This document shows positions 20,333 through 29,478 of a stretch of DNA of 64,000 nucleotides, piece by piece. Position 1 is the first letter of the stretch. Every line of letters starts with the position of its first letter. The notes beneath the pieces were generated by a model that was not told where the DNA came from, did not search any database, and worked only from the letters and a program-made list of their open reading frames with translations. The translations under genes and the position numbers were made by a program. Location of the stretch: contig OZ253470.1 of the NCBI GenBank assembly GCA_965261735.1, positions 3,648,001 to 3,712,000 of the forward strand. Reading direction: 5' to 3'. Origin of the DNA: Alphaproteobacteria bacterium. Lineage in GTDB: Bacteria > Pseudomonadota > Alphaproteobacteria > SHVV01.

Positions 20333-21437
20333 CTTGCCTATCCGGGTTACACCCACACCCACTAGGGCTAGAATGGGCGCAACCCGGATATAGGGGAGCG
20401 CGCCATGGATGTTCTCGACCGCGCCGATCTCCCATTCCCGCATTCGCTACCCGAGTTCCAGCGACTTTTCCCCGATGATGCGGCCTGCGCCGCCTACCTG
20501 GAGAAAGCCCGCTGGGGAGACGGCTTTGCCTGCCCGCACTGCGGCACGGCGGGAGAGCCGTTCCACTTTGAAAACCGCCCTGGCGTCCTGCGCTGCCGCA
20601 AGTGCCGCCAGAACACCGGGCTGACGGTGGGAACAGTGATGGAGCGTAGCCACACTCCGCTGAACGTCTGGTTCTGGGCCGCTTATCTGGTCGCCAGTCA
20701 GACGCCCGGCATGTCCGCCGTGCAGTTTCAGCGGCAACTTGGTCTTTCGCGCTACGAGACGGCCTTTCAAATTCTCCACAAGCTCCGCTCGGGCATGGTG
20801 CGGCCCAACCAAGACAGGATCGGTGGACAGCCCAAGAACCATGTTGAGGTGGACGAAACCTGGGTTGGCGGGCGAACGCGTGGGGAAGGCCGTGGTGTTC
20901 ACCACAAGGTTCCCGTCTCCTGTGCCATCGAGGTGCGTCATCGAAAGCCGGGCACCAAGCTCGACAACCGGAAAGACGGACGCTATGCCGGACGCGTTCG
21001 GCTCGCCGTCGTGCTCGACCGTAGCGCCGAGTCGCTCTGTGGGTTCGTCGAGAGCACCGTCGCGCCGCGATCGCTGATCGTTACTGACGATTGGAGCGGC
21101 TATGCTGGCCTCGGTAAGCGCGGCTATGAGCACTTCGCTGTTGCCGAGTGTGGTGATCCAGAGGTTGCCGAGCAATACCTGCCGATCATCCATCTGGTTT
21201 TCGCCAACCTGAAGACGTGGCTGATCGGTATCCACCACGGCGTTAGCCACCAGCACCTACAAGCCTACCTCAACGAGTTCACCTTCCGCTTCAACAGGCG
21301 GTTCTACCCGTTCAACGCCTTCCGCTCATTGCTCGGCATCGCGGGCGACACCTCTGCTCCAACCTATGCCGAGCTTTACTCGGGAGAGTGGTGGCACCCT
21401 ACATGTAGCGGTCATGGGCGTTAACCGGATAGGCAAG
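20333..21437 (+). mobile_element. IS1595-family (ISSod11-like) full-length copy with non-matching flanks
   Basis: Both termini present; flanks caactatc and cttcgaag differ. Confidence 0.93.
20405..21424 (+). CDS. IS1595-family transposase
   Basis: 339 aa; differs from 12172-13191 at three residues. Confidence 0.93.
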   Translation: MDVLDRADLPFPHSLPEFQRLFPDDAACAAYLEKARWGDGFACPHCGTAGEPFHFENRPGVLRCRKCRQNTGLTVGTVMERSHTPLNVWFWAAYLVASQTPGMSAVQFQRQLGLSRYETAFQILHKLRSGMVRPNQDRIGGQPKNHVEVDETWVGGRTRGEGRGVHHKVPVSCAIEVRHRKPGTKLDNRKDGRYAGRVRLAVVLDRSAESLCGFVESTVAPRSLIVTDDWSGYAGLGKRGYEHFAVAECGDPEVAEQYLPIIHLVFANLKTWLIGIHHGVSHQHLQAYLNEFTFRFNRRFYPFNAFRSLLGIAGDTSAPTYAELYSGEWWHPTCSGHGR

Positions 21438-24400
21438 CTTCGAAGGACGGCGTCAGCGTGGCCCCGTCACCGCCGCCCAGCGCGAAGCGGCGCGAGCCCT
21501 CCATCCCGGTGCGCAGCAGCCACACATCGGCGTCCGACGCCTCCAGCCGGCCGCCCGACCTGCCGGACGCCGAGCCCGAAGAGGTCCGGGTGAACCGGCC
21601 GTCGCCCTTGACGGCCAGCGACAGGCCGCCTTCCTCCGCCGGCGTCAGCAGCTCGCTCCGGATCCCGGCCGCGCCCATGCTCATCGTGAGGTCCGCCGTC
21701 AGCGCCTCCTGGCCCTCCGGCGTCACCGTCACCTCGCCGGACCCGTAGCCCGCCGCCGTCCAGACCGAGAGCCGGTCGGTCAGCGTCAGCCCGGCATAGG
21801 GATAGACCCCGGTCAGCGTCGCATCGATGCCGCCCGCGCCCGCCTCAGAGCGGTAGCCGCCCGTGCCGCGCGAATCGCCCACCGCCAGGCCCGCCGTCCA
21901 GCGTCCTGCCCCGGACCCCGATCCGGGGTCCGACGCCCAGTCGGCGCCGATGAGGCCCGTGGTCACCTCGCCGTCCAGCGAGAGGCCACCCTCGCGGCCG
22001 TCGAAGCCGGTTATCGCGCCCCGGCCCCAGACCGAGGCGTACCCGCCGTCCCCGGCCGACCCGCCGGTCAGCGCGAACGAGGTGCCGGTGATGAAGTCGC
22101 GGCCCGTCAGCGCCCGCGATTCGGCTTCCCGCCCGGTTGCGGACGCGCCGTTTCGGGACGCGTCTCTCCCGTCCGGCCCGGCCTGCGCCAGCCACGCGCC
22201 GAGCGCCGCCATCGCGCCGCGGTCCTCGGCTCCCGCCGCCAGCGCCGCCCGGTCCCGGTCGGCCGCGTATCGGGGTGCCGCTTCGCCGCCTGTCCCGGAC
22301 CCCGATCCGGGGGTCCACGACGGCAGCGCCTGCCCGGCGAGGCTCGCCTCGATGCCCGGCGTGCGCGGCGCCTTGAGCCGCGCCTCGACCGCATCCAGCA
22401 CATGGCCCGTCACCGTGCGCCCGAAACGCGCCAGCCACGCCGCCGGCATCGCGTCGGTGTTGTCGATCGTCCCCGTCGCCGTGGCGTCGGCGATCGCCGC
22501 CCCGTACGGCGCCGAGAGCCTCAGCGTCATGGTCTCCGCGCCCTCGTCGTGCGCGTCGTCGAGCACCCGCACCGAGACCGTCCTCGACCTCTGGCCCGGC
22601 CCGAACCGCACCGCGCCCGAGGCTGCGACATAGTCCGCGCCCGCCGTCGCCGTGCCGTCCGAGGTCGCATAGCGCACCGAGACCGTCTCCGACGGCGCCG
22701 CAGCGAGCGTTACCGTGAACCGCAGCACCGCGCCCGCCGCCTCGCGCACCCGCGCGTCCGCGACCGACACGCCCGGCCCCGGCGCCGGCGCCTCCGCCGC
22801 CGCCGCCGCCGTGCGCACCAGGCGCACCGCGACCGTCTCGCCATCCTCCCAGTCGACGTCGACACCGTCCCAGGTGAAGCTCGCGTCCGAGCCATTCGCG
22901 TCGGCGAACGGCAGCGCCATGCCGCCCACGCGCAGGGTCAGGCCCCCGGTATCCCAGATCGGTGTCTTCAGCGCGAAGTAGATGCGCCGCTCCGGCGCGT
23001 AATGCCACAGCCACTGCACCCGCAGGCCGCCGCTGCCCCCGGTGTTCGTGAACAGGTCCGCGTCGTCGCTGCCGGTCGAGCCCCCGCCGAAATCGATCAC
23101 CTCCATGTCGGCCGACCACAGCACCGTCTCCGCCGGCGCCTCCGCCGGCGCGCGGTCGTTGTCGAACACGTCGACGCCCGCGGACGCCGCGGCCACCCGG
23201 TAGCCGTCGCCGGCCGCCACCGCCGCCGTCACCCGGCCGTCCGCCTCCGCCGTCGTGTCGTCCCCGGTCGCCACCGCGAGCACGGCCTCCGCCGCGCCCG
23301 CCTCGAACCGCACCGTCGACGGCGCCGCGCCGTCGAGCACCGCGCCCGCCGCGCGCACCGACACCGCGACCTCGAGCGCCGCCGCCGTATCGCCGGTGCG
23401 CCTGAGCGTGAACCGCGCCGCCGCGCCCTCCGTCACCGGCGAAGCGGCCGCCGCGATCGAGACCTCCGGCAGCGCCACCGAGACCGCCGCCGTCGCGCCC
23501 GCGATGTCCGCGTCCGTCTCGCCGTCGCTCGCGACCCACTGGTAGGCGAACCCGGCGTCATCGCGACCGTCCGCATCGGCGATCTCCGTCACCGAGGCCT
23601 CCAGCGTCTCGCCGACCCGCGCCGTCCCCGCGATCGCCGGAAGGCCCGTCGGCGCGGCATTCGCCGCCGCCACCGCTTCGGTCGCCTCGCTGACCAGCGT
23701 CTCCTGCGTCCCGCGCCCGTCGGTGAAGGTCACGCTCACCTTGACCGTCTTGCCCGCCTCGGCCGCGGTCAACGTGTAGCTCGCCGCCGTCGCGCCGGCG
23801 ATGTCCGTATCCGCGCTGCCGTCATCGGAGACCCACTGGTAGGCGAATGTGGCACCGCTCAGGCCGTCCGCATCGGCGATCCCCGAGACCGAGGCCTCCA
23901 GTGTCTCGCCGACCCGCGCCGTTCCGGCGATCGCCGGCAGGCCCGTCGGCGCGGCGTTCGCCGCCGCCACCGCGGCCGTCGCGGCGCTGAGGAGCGTCTC
24001 TCCGGTCCCGCCGTCGTCGGTGAAGGCGACCCGCACCTTCACCGTCTTGCCCGCCTCGGCCGCGGTCAGCGTGTAGCTCGCCGCCGTCGCGCCCGCGATG
24101 TCCGCGTCCGCGCTGCCGTCATTGGAAACCCACTGGTAGGCGAACGTCGCACCGCTCAGGCCGTCCGCGTCGGCGATCCCCGTCACCGAGGCGCCCAGCG
24201 TCTCGCCGACCCGCGCCGTCCCCGCGATCGTGGGCAGCCCCGTCGGCGCCGTGTTCGACACCGCCGCCTGCGCCACCGGCTCCACCGTGCCGGTCGCCGC
24301 GCTCACCAGCGTTTCTTCCGTCCCGCCGTCGTCGGTGAACGCGACCCACACCTTCACCGTCTTGCCCGTCTCGTCCGTGCTCAGCGTGTAGCTCGCCGCC

Positions 24401-27345
24401 GTCGCGCCCGCGATGTCCGCGTCCGCATCGCCGTCATTGGAAACCCACTGGTAGGCGAACACGGCGTTCCCGAGACCGTCCGCGTCGGCGATCTCCGTCA
24501 CCGAGGCCTCCAGCGTCTCGCCGACCCGCGCCGTCCCCGTGACCGCCGGCAGGCCCGTCGGCGCCGTGTTCGACACCGCCGTCCCGGCGCGAGCTACCGT
24601 CGCCACCGCCTGGCCGGGAAGCTTGCGCCCGTCCGCCGTGCAGATCGCCCCGGGCTCACCGCACGCCCCGTCGCCCGGCGACAGCGTCACCGTCACGGCC
24701 TCGTCCGACGACGGCGCCACCGTGATCTCCCACTCCGCGCTGCTCCCGTTCACCCGGTTGGCCTTGCGCACCGCGCCGTTGTCGGCCTGCACCGCCGTGT
24801 CGCGCAGCGTCCGGTAGCTCGAATTCACCGCCTCGCTGAAGCTCAGGCGCAGCACGAACGTCGTCCCCGCGCCCTCGTGCCCGGCCGCGAACGCCGCCGT
24901 CAGCGCCGCCGTCTCGCGCTCATCGGGCGCGGGCGCTGCCGCCCTCACGCTCCGGTAGTTCGACACCCCGCTCAGCTCGCGCCCCCGGATCGCCTTCACC
25001 CGGTAGACGTAGCGCACCCCTTCCTCGACATCGGTGTCCGTCCAGGCGGTATCGGCGCTCCCGGTGTCCTCGGCCACCGGCACAAGCGTGCGCTCGCCTT
25101 CCTCCGGCGCGCGGCGAAGCACCCGGTAGCCCGTCACCTCGTCGGCCGCCGCTTGCGGCGCCTGCCAGGCCAGCGCGTTGCCCGCCACCGTCGCCTCCGC
25201 GCTCAGGCCGCGCGGCCGGCGGCCCGCCGACAGGTCCTCCGTCCAGTCGTCCTTGGATTGTGTCGTTGGAGGGGTCAGGGAGTTCCACGGCAGACCCCCG
25301 CCGCCGGACTTGGTCGTGCGGACCAGGCACTCCGGCGCCGGTCCCTTCCACATCTTCTGCAGGCCGGCGCTGTCGTAGTACCGGTATGGGCCAGAGCCGC
25401 AGGGAAATTCGTCCACTATCTCCTGGAGCCTCGTCACCAGCGGCGTTGTCTCCGCCAGTTCCTGAGCGCTGACTTGTCCATCCGCCAGGATGTTCCGGCT
25501 CCTCGCCTGATATTCACAAGACGCTTCCAGGAGTTGTATCGCGGGAGGCTTGTTCCGGTCCCAATGGGACCTGCCGCAATCCGGGATGCCGGGCTCCGGG
25601 TCGGGGTCGGTGGCGGGGACGGAAACCGTCAGGGTGTAGGTGCCGAGGCCACCGTTACCACTAACCTGAACATACACGGCCCCCGTAACTTCGGCCGTCC
25701 AGATAAGGCGGGCGTTATAGCCGGTGCCCCCGTCATCATCATTTACAGCTGGCGAACCGACCGTAAATCCTTTCGTGACAAACGGATCGCTAAGCGTGCC
25801 CCTGCCTGTCGGCGACCCCTCCACATCAATCTGGTACGTAACGCCCGAGGTGAAGGAGAGACCGAAATAATCGACATCGTTAGCGGCTTGAATATTGCCG
25901 GTTACTGAGCTCCCCAGCGAAACGGTGCAGGTCGTGGTCGAATCGCCGGCGCAGTCGTCCGCCACGGGCGTGGCCGTCGCCTCGTTGGAGGCGTTGGCGT
26001 CGCCCTCGCTGTTCACCGCCCGCACCTGGAAGGTGTAGGCCGTGGCGTTCGTCAGGCCGGTGACGGTGTGGCTCAACGTCCGGGGGCTGTCGGAGATGTC
26101 CATCCAGGATCCGTAGGATCCGCTGGTCTTCTGGCGGTACTCTAACTTGGTGATGGTCGAGCCGCCGTCGTCGAACGCCGTCCACGACAGCGTTACCTGC
26201 GTGTTCCCCGGCGTCGCCGACAGGTCGGCTATGGCGTCGGGGACGGTGGCCGTGGCGCCTTGGTCGATGACGCTCACCGTGCCCGAACCGTCCGTCCCGA
26301 CCGTGTAGTCCGTGTTCGTCTGGATCGTCGCGGTGACCACGGAGTCGCTTTCCACCACGCCGTCGTCCACCGTCGGGACCGACAGCGTCGCGGTTGTGTC
26401 GCCCATGGCGAAGCTCACCGTCTTCGCCCCCTCCTCGGCGGACGCCACCATGTCTTCCGACTCCGAGACCGACACGCTGACGTTGAGCGGCCTCGACGAC
26501 AACAGCACCGGCTTCGACGCCGTCAGGATGAACTCCGCGTTGAAGCCCTCGTTCACGCCGCTGTCGCCGGCGATCGTCACCGTGGCGGGGCCGGTGGTGC
26601 CCGTGACCGCAGTGGACCACGGGCCCTTGCCGTTCCCGTTCACCGCGCGCACGTAGAGGTCGCGCTCGCCGTCGGCAAAGGGCCCTAACCCCGGCAACGT
26701 CGGGACGGGCACGAATGGACCGGCAGTGACGTCAAAGAGACCGATGTTAGCGACCGCCGTGTCCGGACTGGCCCCCGGCCCACGGATCGCTGCCTGATAC
26801 CCCGTGATCGGCGAGCCGCCGTTGTCCGCGGGCGCGGTCCAGTCCAGCTCCACCGCATGATGGCCCTCGGTGACGACGAGGCCGGTCGGGGCCCCGGGGA
26901 CGGTGGGGAGGAGCAGCCTGACCGTTATGGTATTGGTCTGCCAATCGTCTTCGTCATAGGTGTGACGGCTCTCGGCCCAATAGATTCCCACGTTGGTGCT
27001 GCTTACGACTGCGTTGGTCGCGTCACTTGCCTGCAGCGTCGTCGTGCTTCCGCCCACGGTGATTTCCAGGGTCACCCCGGTGTCCGTGAGCAAGTACAGC
27101 CGGTTATCAGAGCCTCCCCTAACCCCAAGCAGTTCAACGGTGTGGGTGGTCGTTTCGACGGTGAACGAGCCGGGACTCAGCGAACCGTGGGTCGTCGTGA
27201 GGTAGGCAGCGGCGGACGAGCCATAGCCGTCGTAAGTGTAGGCACCGACCGTCCAGCTATTGGCCGACGTCAAGGTGGCGTTCCACGCCACGGTTTGCGC
27301 GTGGGACGGTGCGCTCGGGAGAAGGAACATCAGCGCCGCAAGCAA
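21438..27345 (-). pseudogene. Large autotransporter adhesin (FN3, Calx-beta-like, PPC-like and Ig-like repeats) with C-terminal beta-barrel truncated by IS1595
   Basis: Signal-like LAALMFLLPSAPSHAQ; three FN3-like units (PGAP...LDWTAP.DNGGSPITGY); Calx-beta (VRYATSDGTATAGADY); AWLARFGRTV; barrel strands WGRGAITGFDGREG, GVYPYAG ending at LTPSFEA. True start uncertain. Confidence 0.88.
23485..24570 (-). repeat. Four tandem ~100-aa Ig-like repeats within the adhesin; the fourth is internally deleted
   Basis: N.APTGLP.I.GTARVGETL.ASV..IADADG.....AYQWV..DG..D.DIAGATAA occurs four times. Confidence 0.95.
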
Positions 27346-27691
27346 CGCGGCTGCGAGGCTACCCCCGAACCGCGCGGGGAAGCGCTTCGCTCGAAGGCGG
27401 GGACTCGGACGCGGCGGACGGCCGCCGGGTGCGTTACCAGAGCGAGAGGACGGAGAGGGTTGCGGTGCGTTGGATTGCGCCCGCCCGCCGGACGCACTAG
27501 CGGACGTGCTAACGTTGGCTTGGCCGCAGCGTCGAGCTTGATTTCATTGCAACGGGTTCGGCGATAGGTCAAGACGAAGCGCATTAGTCGTAGGATCCTA
27601 CGCGACGACTTGATCGTCGCCAGGATGCGCCGCCTTCACATCAAGCCATCACCAAGATTGAAGCCGATTCCGCCACCCGATGGCCGCAGCT

Positions 27692-27707
27692 TTAATTCTC
27701 CATTAAC
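27692..27707 (+). promoter_or_regulatory. CtrA-type binding site (TTAA-N7-TTAAC)
   Basis: ttaa ttctcca ttaac, ~35 bp upstream of the reconstructed ATG (27742) of the TPR-glycosyltransferase. Confidence 0.65.
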
Positions 27708-27829
27708 CACATCTTTGTAAAAAGGGGGGCCGGACAGAGGAATGACCCCCATCGAAAGGGGATTACAAAGAAAGGTTGACATTCTCAGGCTGACTCCCTA
27801 TCTTCAGAGTGTCGGAAGGGAGAGCGGAA

Positions 27830-28804
27830 ATGGCGAAGAAGGCACCCGGAAAAGCCCATCGCGAAGGGATGACCATCGTTGATTTGATGGACATGTTTCC
27901 GACCGAGGAAGCTGCGGCCGAGTGGTTCGAGACGATCATTTGGCCGGACGGTCGCCATTGCCCAAAATGCGGATCGGTCCGCACCCGCGAAGCCTCTCAT
28001 GCGAAGATGCCGTACTGGTGCACGGACTGCCGGTCGTACTTTTCGGTGAAGACGGGGACGGCGATGCAGCGGTCCAAGATCCCGCTGCGCAAGTGGGCCA
28101 TTGCGATCTACCTGTGCCTGACCAGCTTGAAATCGGTTTCGTCCATGAAGCTGCAACGCGATATCGGCGTGTCGCAGCCGACCGCATGGTTCATGCTTCA
28201 CCGTATCCGGGAAGCTTGGGCGGAAGATGACGACGACCAGTTCGATGGCCCCGTGGAAGTGGACGAGACCTATTTCGGCGGCGAGCGTCGGAACATGTCG
28301 AAGGCGAAGCGCAAGGCGATGAACAAGAGCCGTGGCCCAGTCGGCAAAACGGCGGTGGTCGGCGTCAAGGATCGTGATAGCAACGAGGTTCGGGCCGAGG
28401 TCGTGCGTCGGACGGACGGCGCGACGTTGCAAGGCTTTGTCCGCGAGCACACCGAGTCGGGCGCGACGGTCTACACAGATGACGCGGCGGCCTACCGAGG
28501 GATGCCGGAATTCGAGCATGAGGCCGTCAATCACTCGGTCTCCGAATATGTCCGGGGTCAGGCGCACACCAACGGCATCGAGTCCTTTTGGTCGATGCTT
28601 AAACGGGCGCATGCCGGCACGTTCCACAAGATGAGCCCGAAGCACCTTCAACGGTACGTCTCCGAGTTCGCCGGCAAGCACAACGTCCGCAACTCAGGAA
28701 CGCTTGCGCAGATGCGGGACACCGTCGCTCGCCTCATCGGGCGCAGCCTTCTCTACCGTGACCTGATCGCCGACAACGGGCTTCCTTCGGGTTCCGGGGC
28801 GTAA
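27830..28804 (+). CDS. IS1595-family transposase (third type, DDE)
   Basis: CPKCGS, YWCTDCRSYFSVKTGT, VEVDETYFGG, VYTDD, VNHS...YVRG.AHTNGIESFWSMLKR. Confidence 0.93.
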   Translation: MAKKAPGKAHREGMTIVDLMDMFPTEEAAAEWFETIIWPDGRHCPKCGSVRTREASHAKMPYWCTDCRSYFSVKTGTAMQRSKIPLRKWAIAIYLCLTSLKSVSSMKLQRDIGVSQPTAWFMLHRIREAWAEDDDDQFDGPVEVDETYFGGERRNMSKAKRKAMNKSRGPVGKTAVVGVKDRDSNEVRAEVVRRTDGATLQGFVREHTESGATVYTDDAAAYRGMPEFEHEAVNHSVSEYVRGQAHTNGIESFWSMLKRAHAGTFHKMSPKHLQRYVSEFAGKHNVRNSGTLAQMRDTVARLIGRSLLYRDLIADNGLPSGSGA

Positions 28805-28891
28805 GGGCTCCGTTCGGCGGAACAGCGCCTTGGCCAGCGCTTCCGGCGTGGCGCTAGCAAGGTCGCGGGCTGGGTCCAGCATTGGCTTCAT
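28694..28891 (-). CDS. Small hypothetical protein overlapping the transposase 3' end on the opposite strand
   Basis: 65 aa; its ATG overlaps the stop of the passenger gene (ATGA coupling). Confidence 0.4.
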   Translation of the reverse strand: MKPMLDPARDLASATPEALAKALFRRTEPLRPGTRRKPVVGDQVTVEKAAPDEASDGVPHLRKRS

Positions 28892-29478
28892 GTTCTATCT
28901 TTCTGCAAATCGTTAAATTCGTATTTCTCCGCTTGTTGGAGCACCGTTTTTAGTGTCGCCTTCGCATCCCGAAGAGCATAAACGCGCGATTGAGCGGCGA
29001 GAGATACGAGAAAAGAGTACCACAGAACGAGAACTCCAACGTTCTCGCTTGATCTGGCGAAGCTAGGTGGTCGATCAGGGCAGTCAACTTTCAGGCGCTT
29101 GAGCGACACCGAAAGCTCCCATAGCTTAGCGCTATAACGTAGAGAAGATCGAGCCGGCATATCGCCATCAATGACCGCGACCAAATTGTCTCTAAGTTCC
29201 ACTATTTCATTATATAGTCGATGAAAAACAACAGACTCTGAAGTCAAGAGGTCCCTTACCCATCTCCATTCGTAGATCCGGTTCCACCAGAAACCGACGA
29301 AGGCGAAGAACCCAATTGTGAGAAGCAAGACGCATGCCATTTCAATAAAAAACGGGTCTAATTCATGCTCGCCATACATCACTTTGCCTTGGATCCATTT
29401 GATCCTAGCCAGCCCGAAACCCCCGGTGACATGAACCCCGAGGCTGACGGCCCGAAGCAGTATGAGTCCCCAATGCAT
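28888..29478 (-). CDS. Passenger gene: hypothetical membrane protein
   Basis: 196-aa ORF inside the IRs, visibly lower GC than its surroundings, 2-3 hydrophobic segments. Confidence 0.65.
   Translation of the reverse strand: MHWGLILLRAVSLGVHVTGGFGLARIKWIQGKVMYGEHELDPFFIEMACVLLLTIGFFAFVGFWWNRIYEWRWVRDLLTSESVVFHRLYNEIVELRDNLVAVIDGDMPARSSLRYSAKLWELSVSLKRLKVDCPDRPPSFARSSENVGVLVLWYSFLVSLAAQSRVYALRDAKATLKTVLQQAEKYEFNDLQKDRT

Noticed and set aside
23485-24570. Possible CRISPR array or DGR template/variable repeat pair
   Set aside because: Repeats are ~300-bp in-frame coding units without spacers, differences are not adenine-specific, and there is no cas or reverse transcriptase gene in the window.
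22402-25908. 1168-aa plus-strand ORF and other long antisense ORFs (e.g. 29379-31004, 49527-51995, 54169-55692)
   Set aside because: Arg/Pro/Gly-rich shadow frames of real high-GC genes, with no recognisable motifs.
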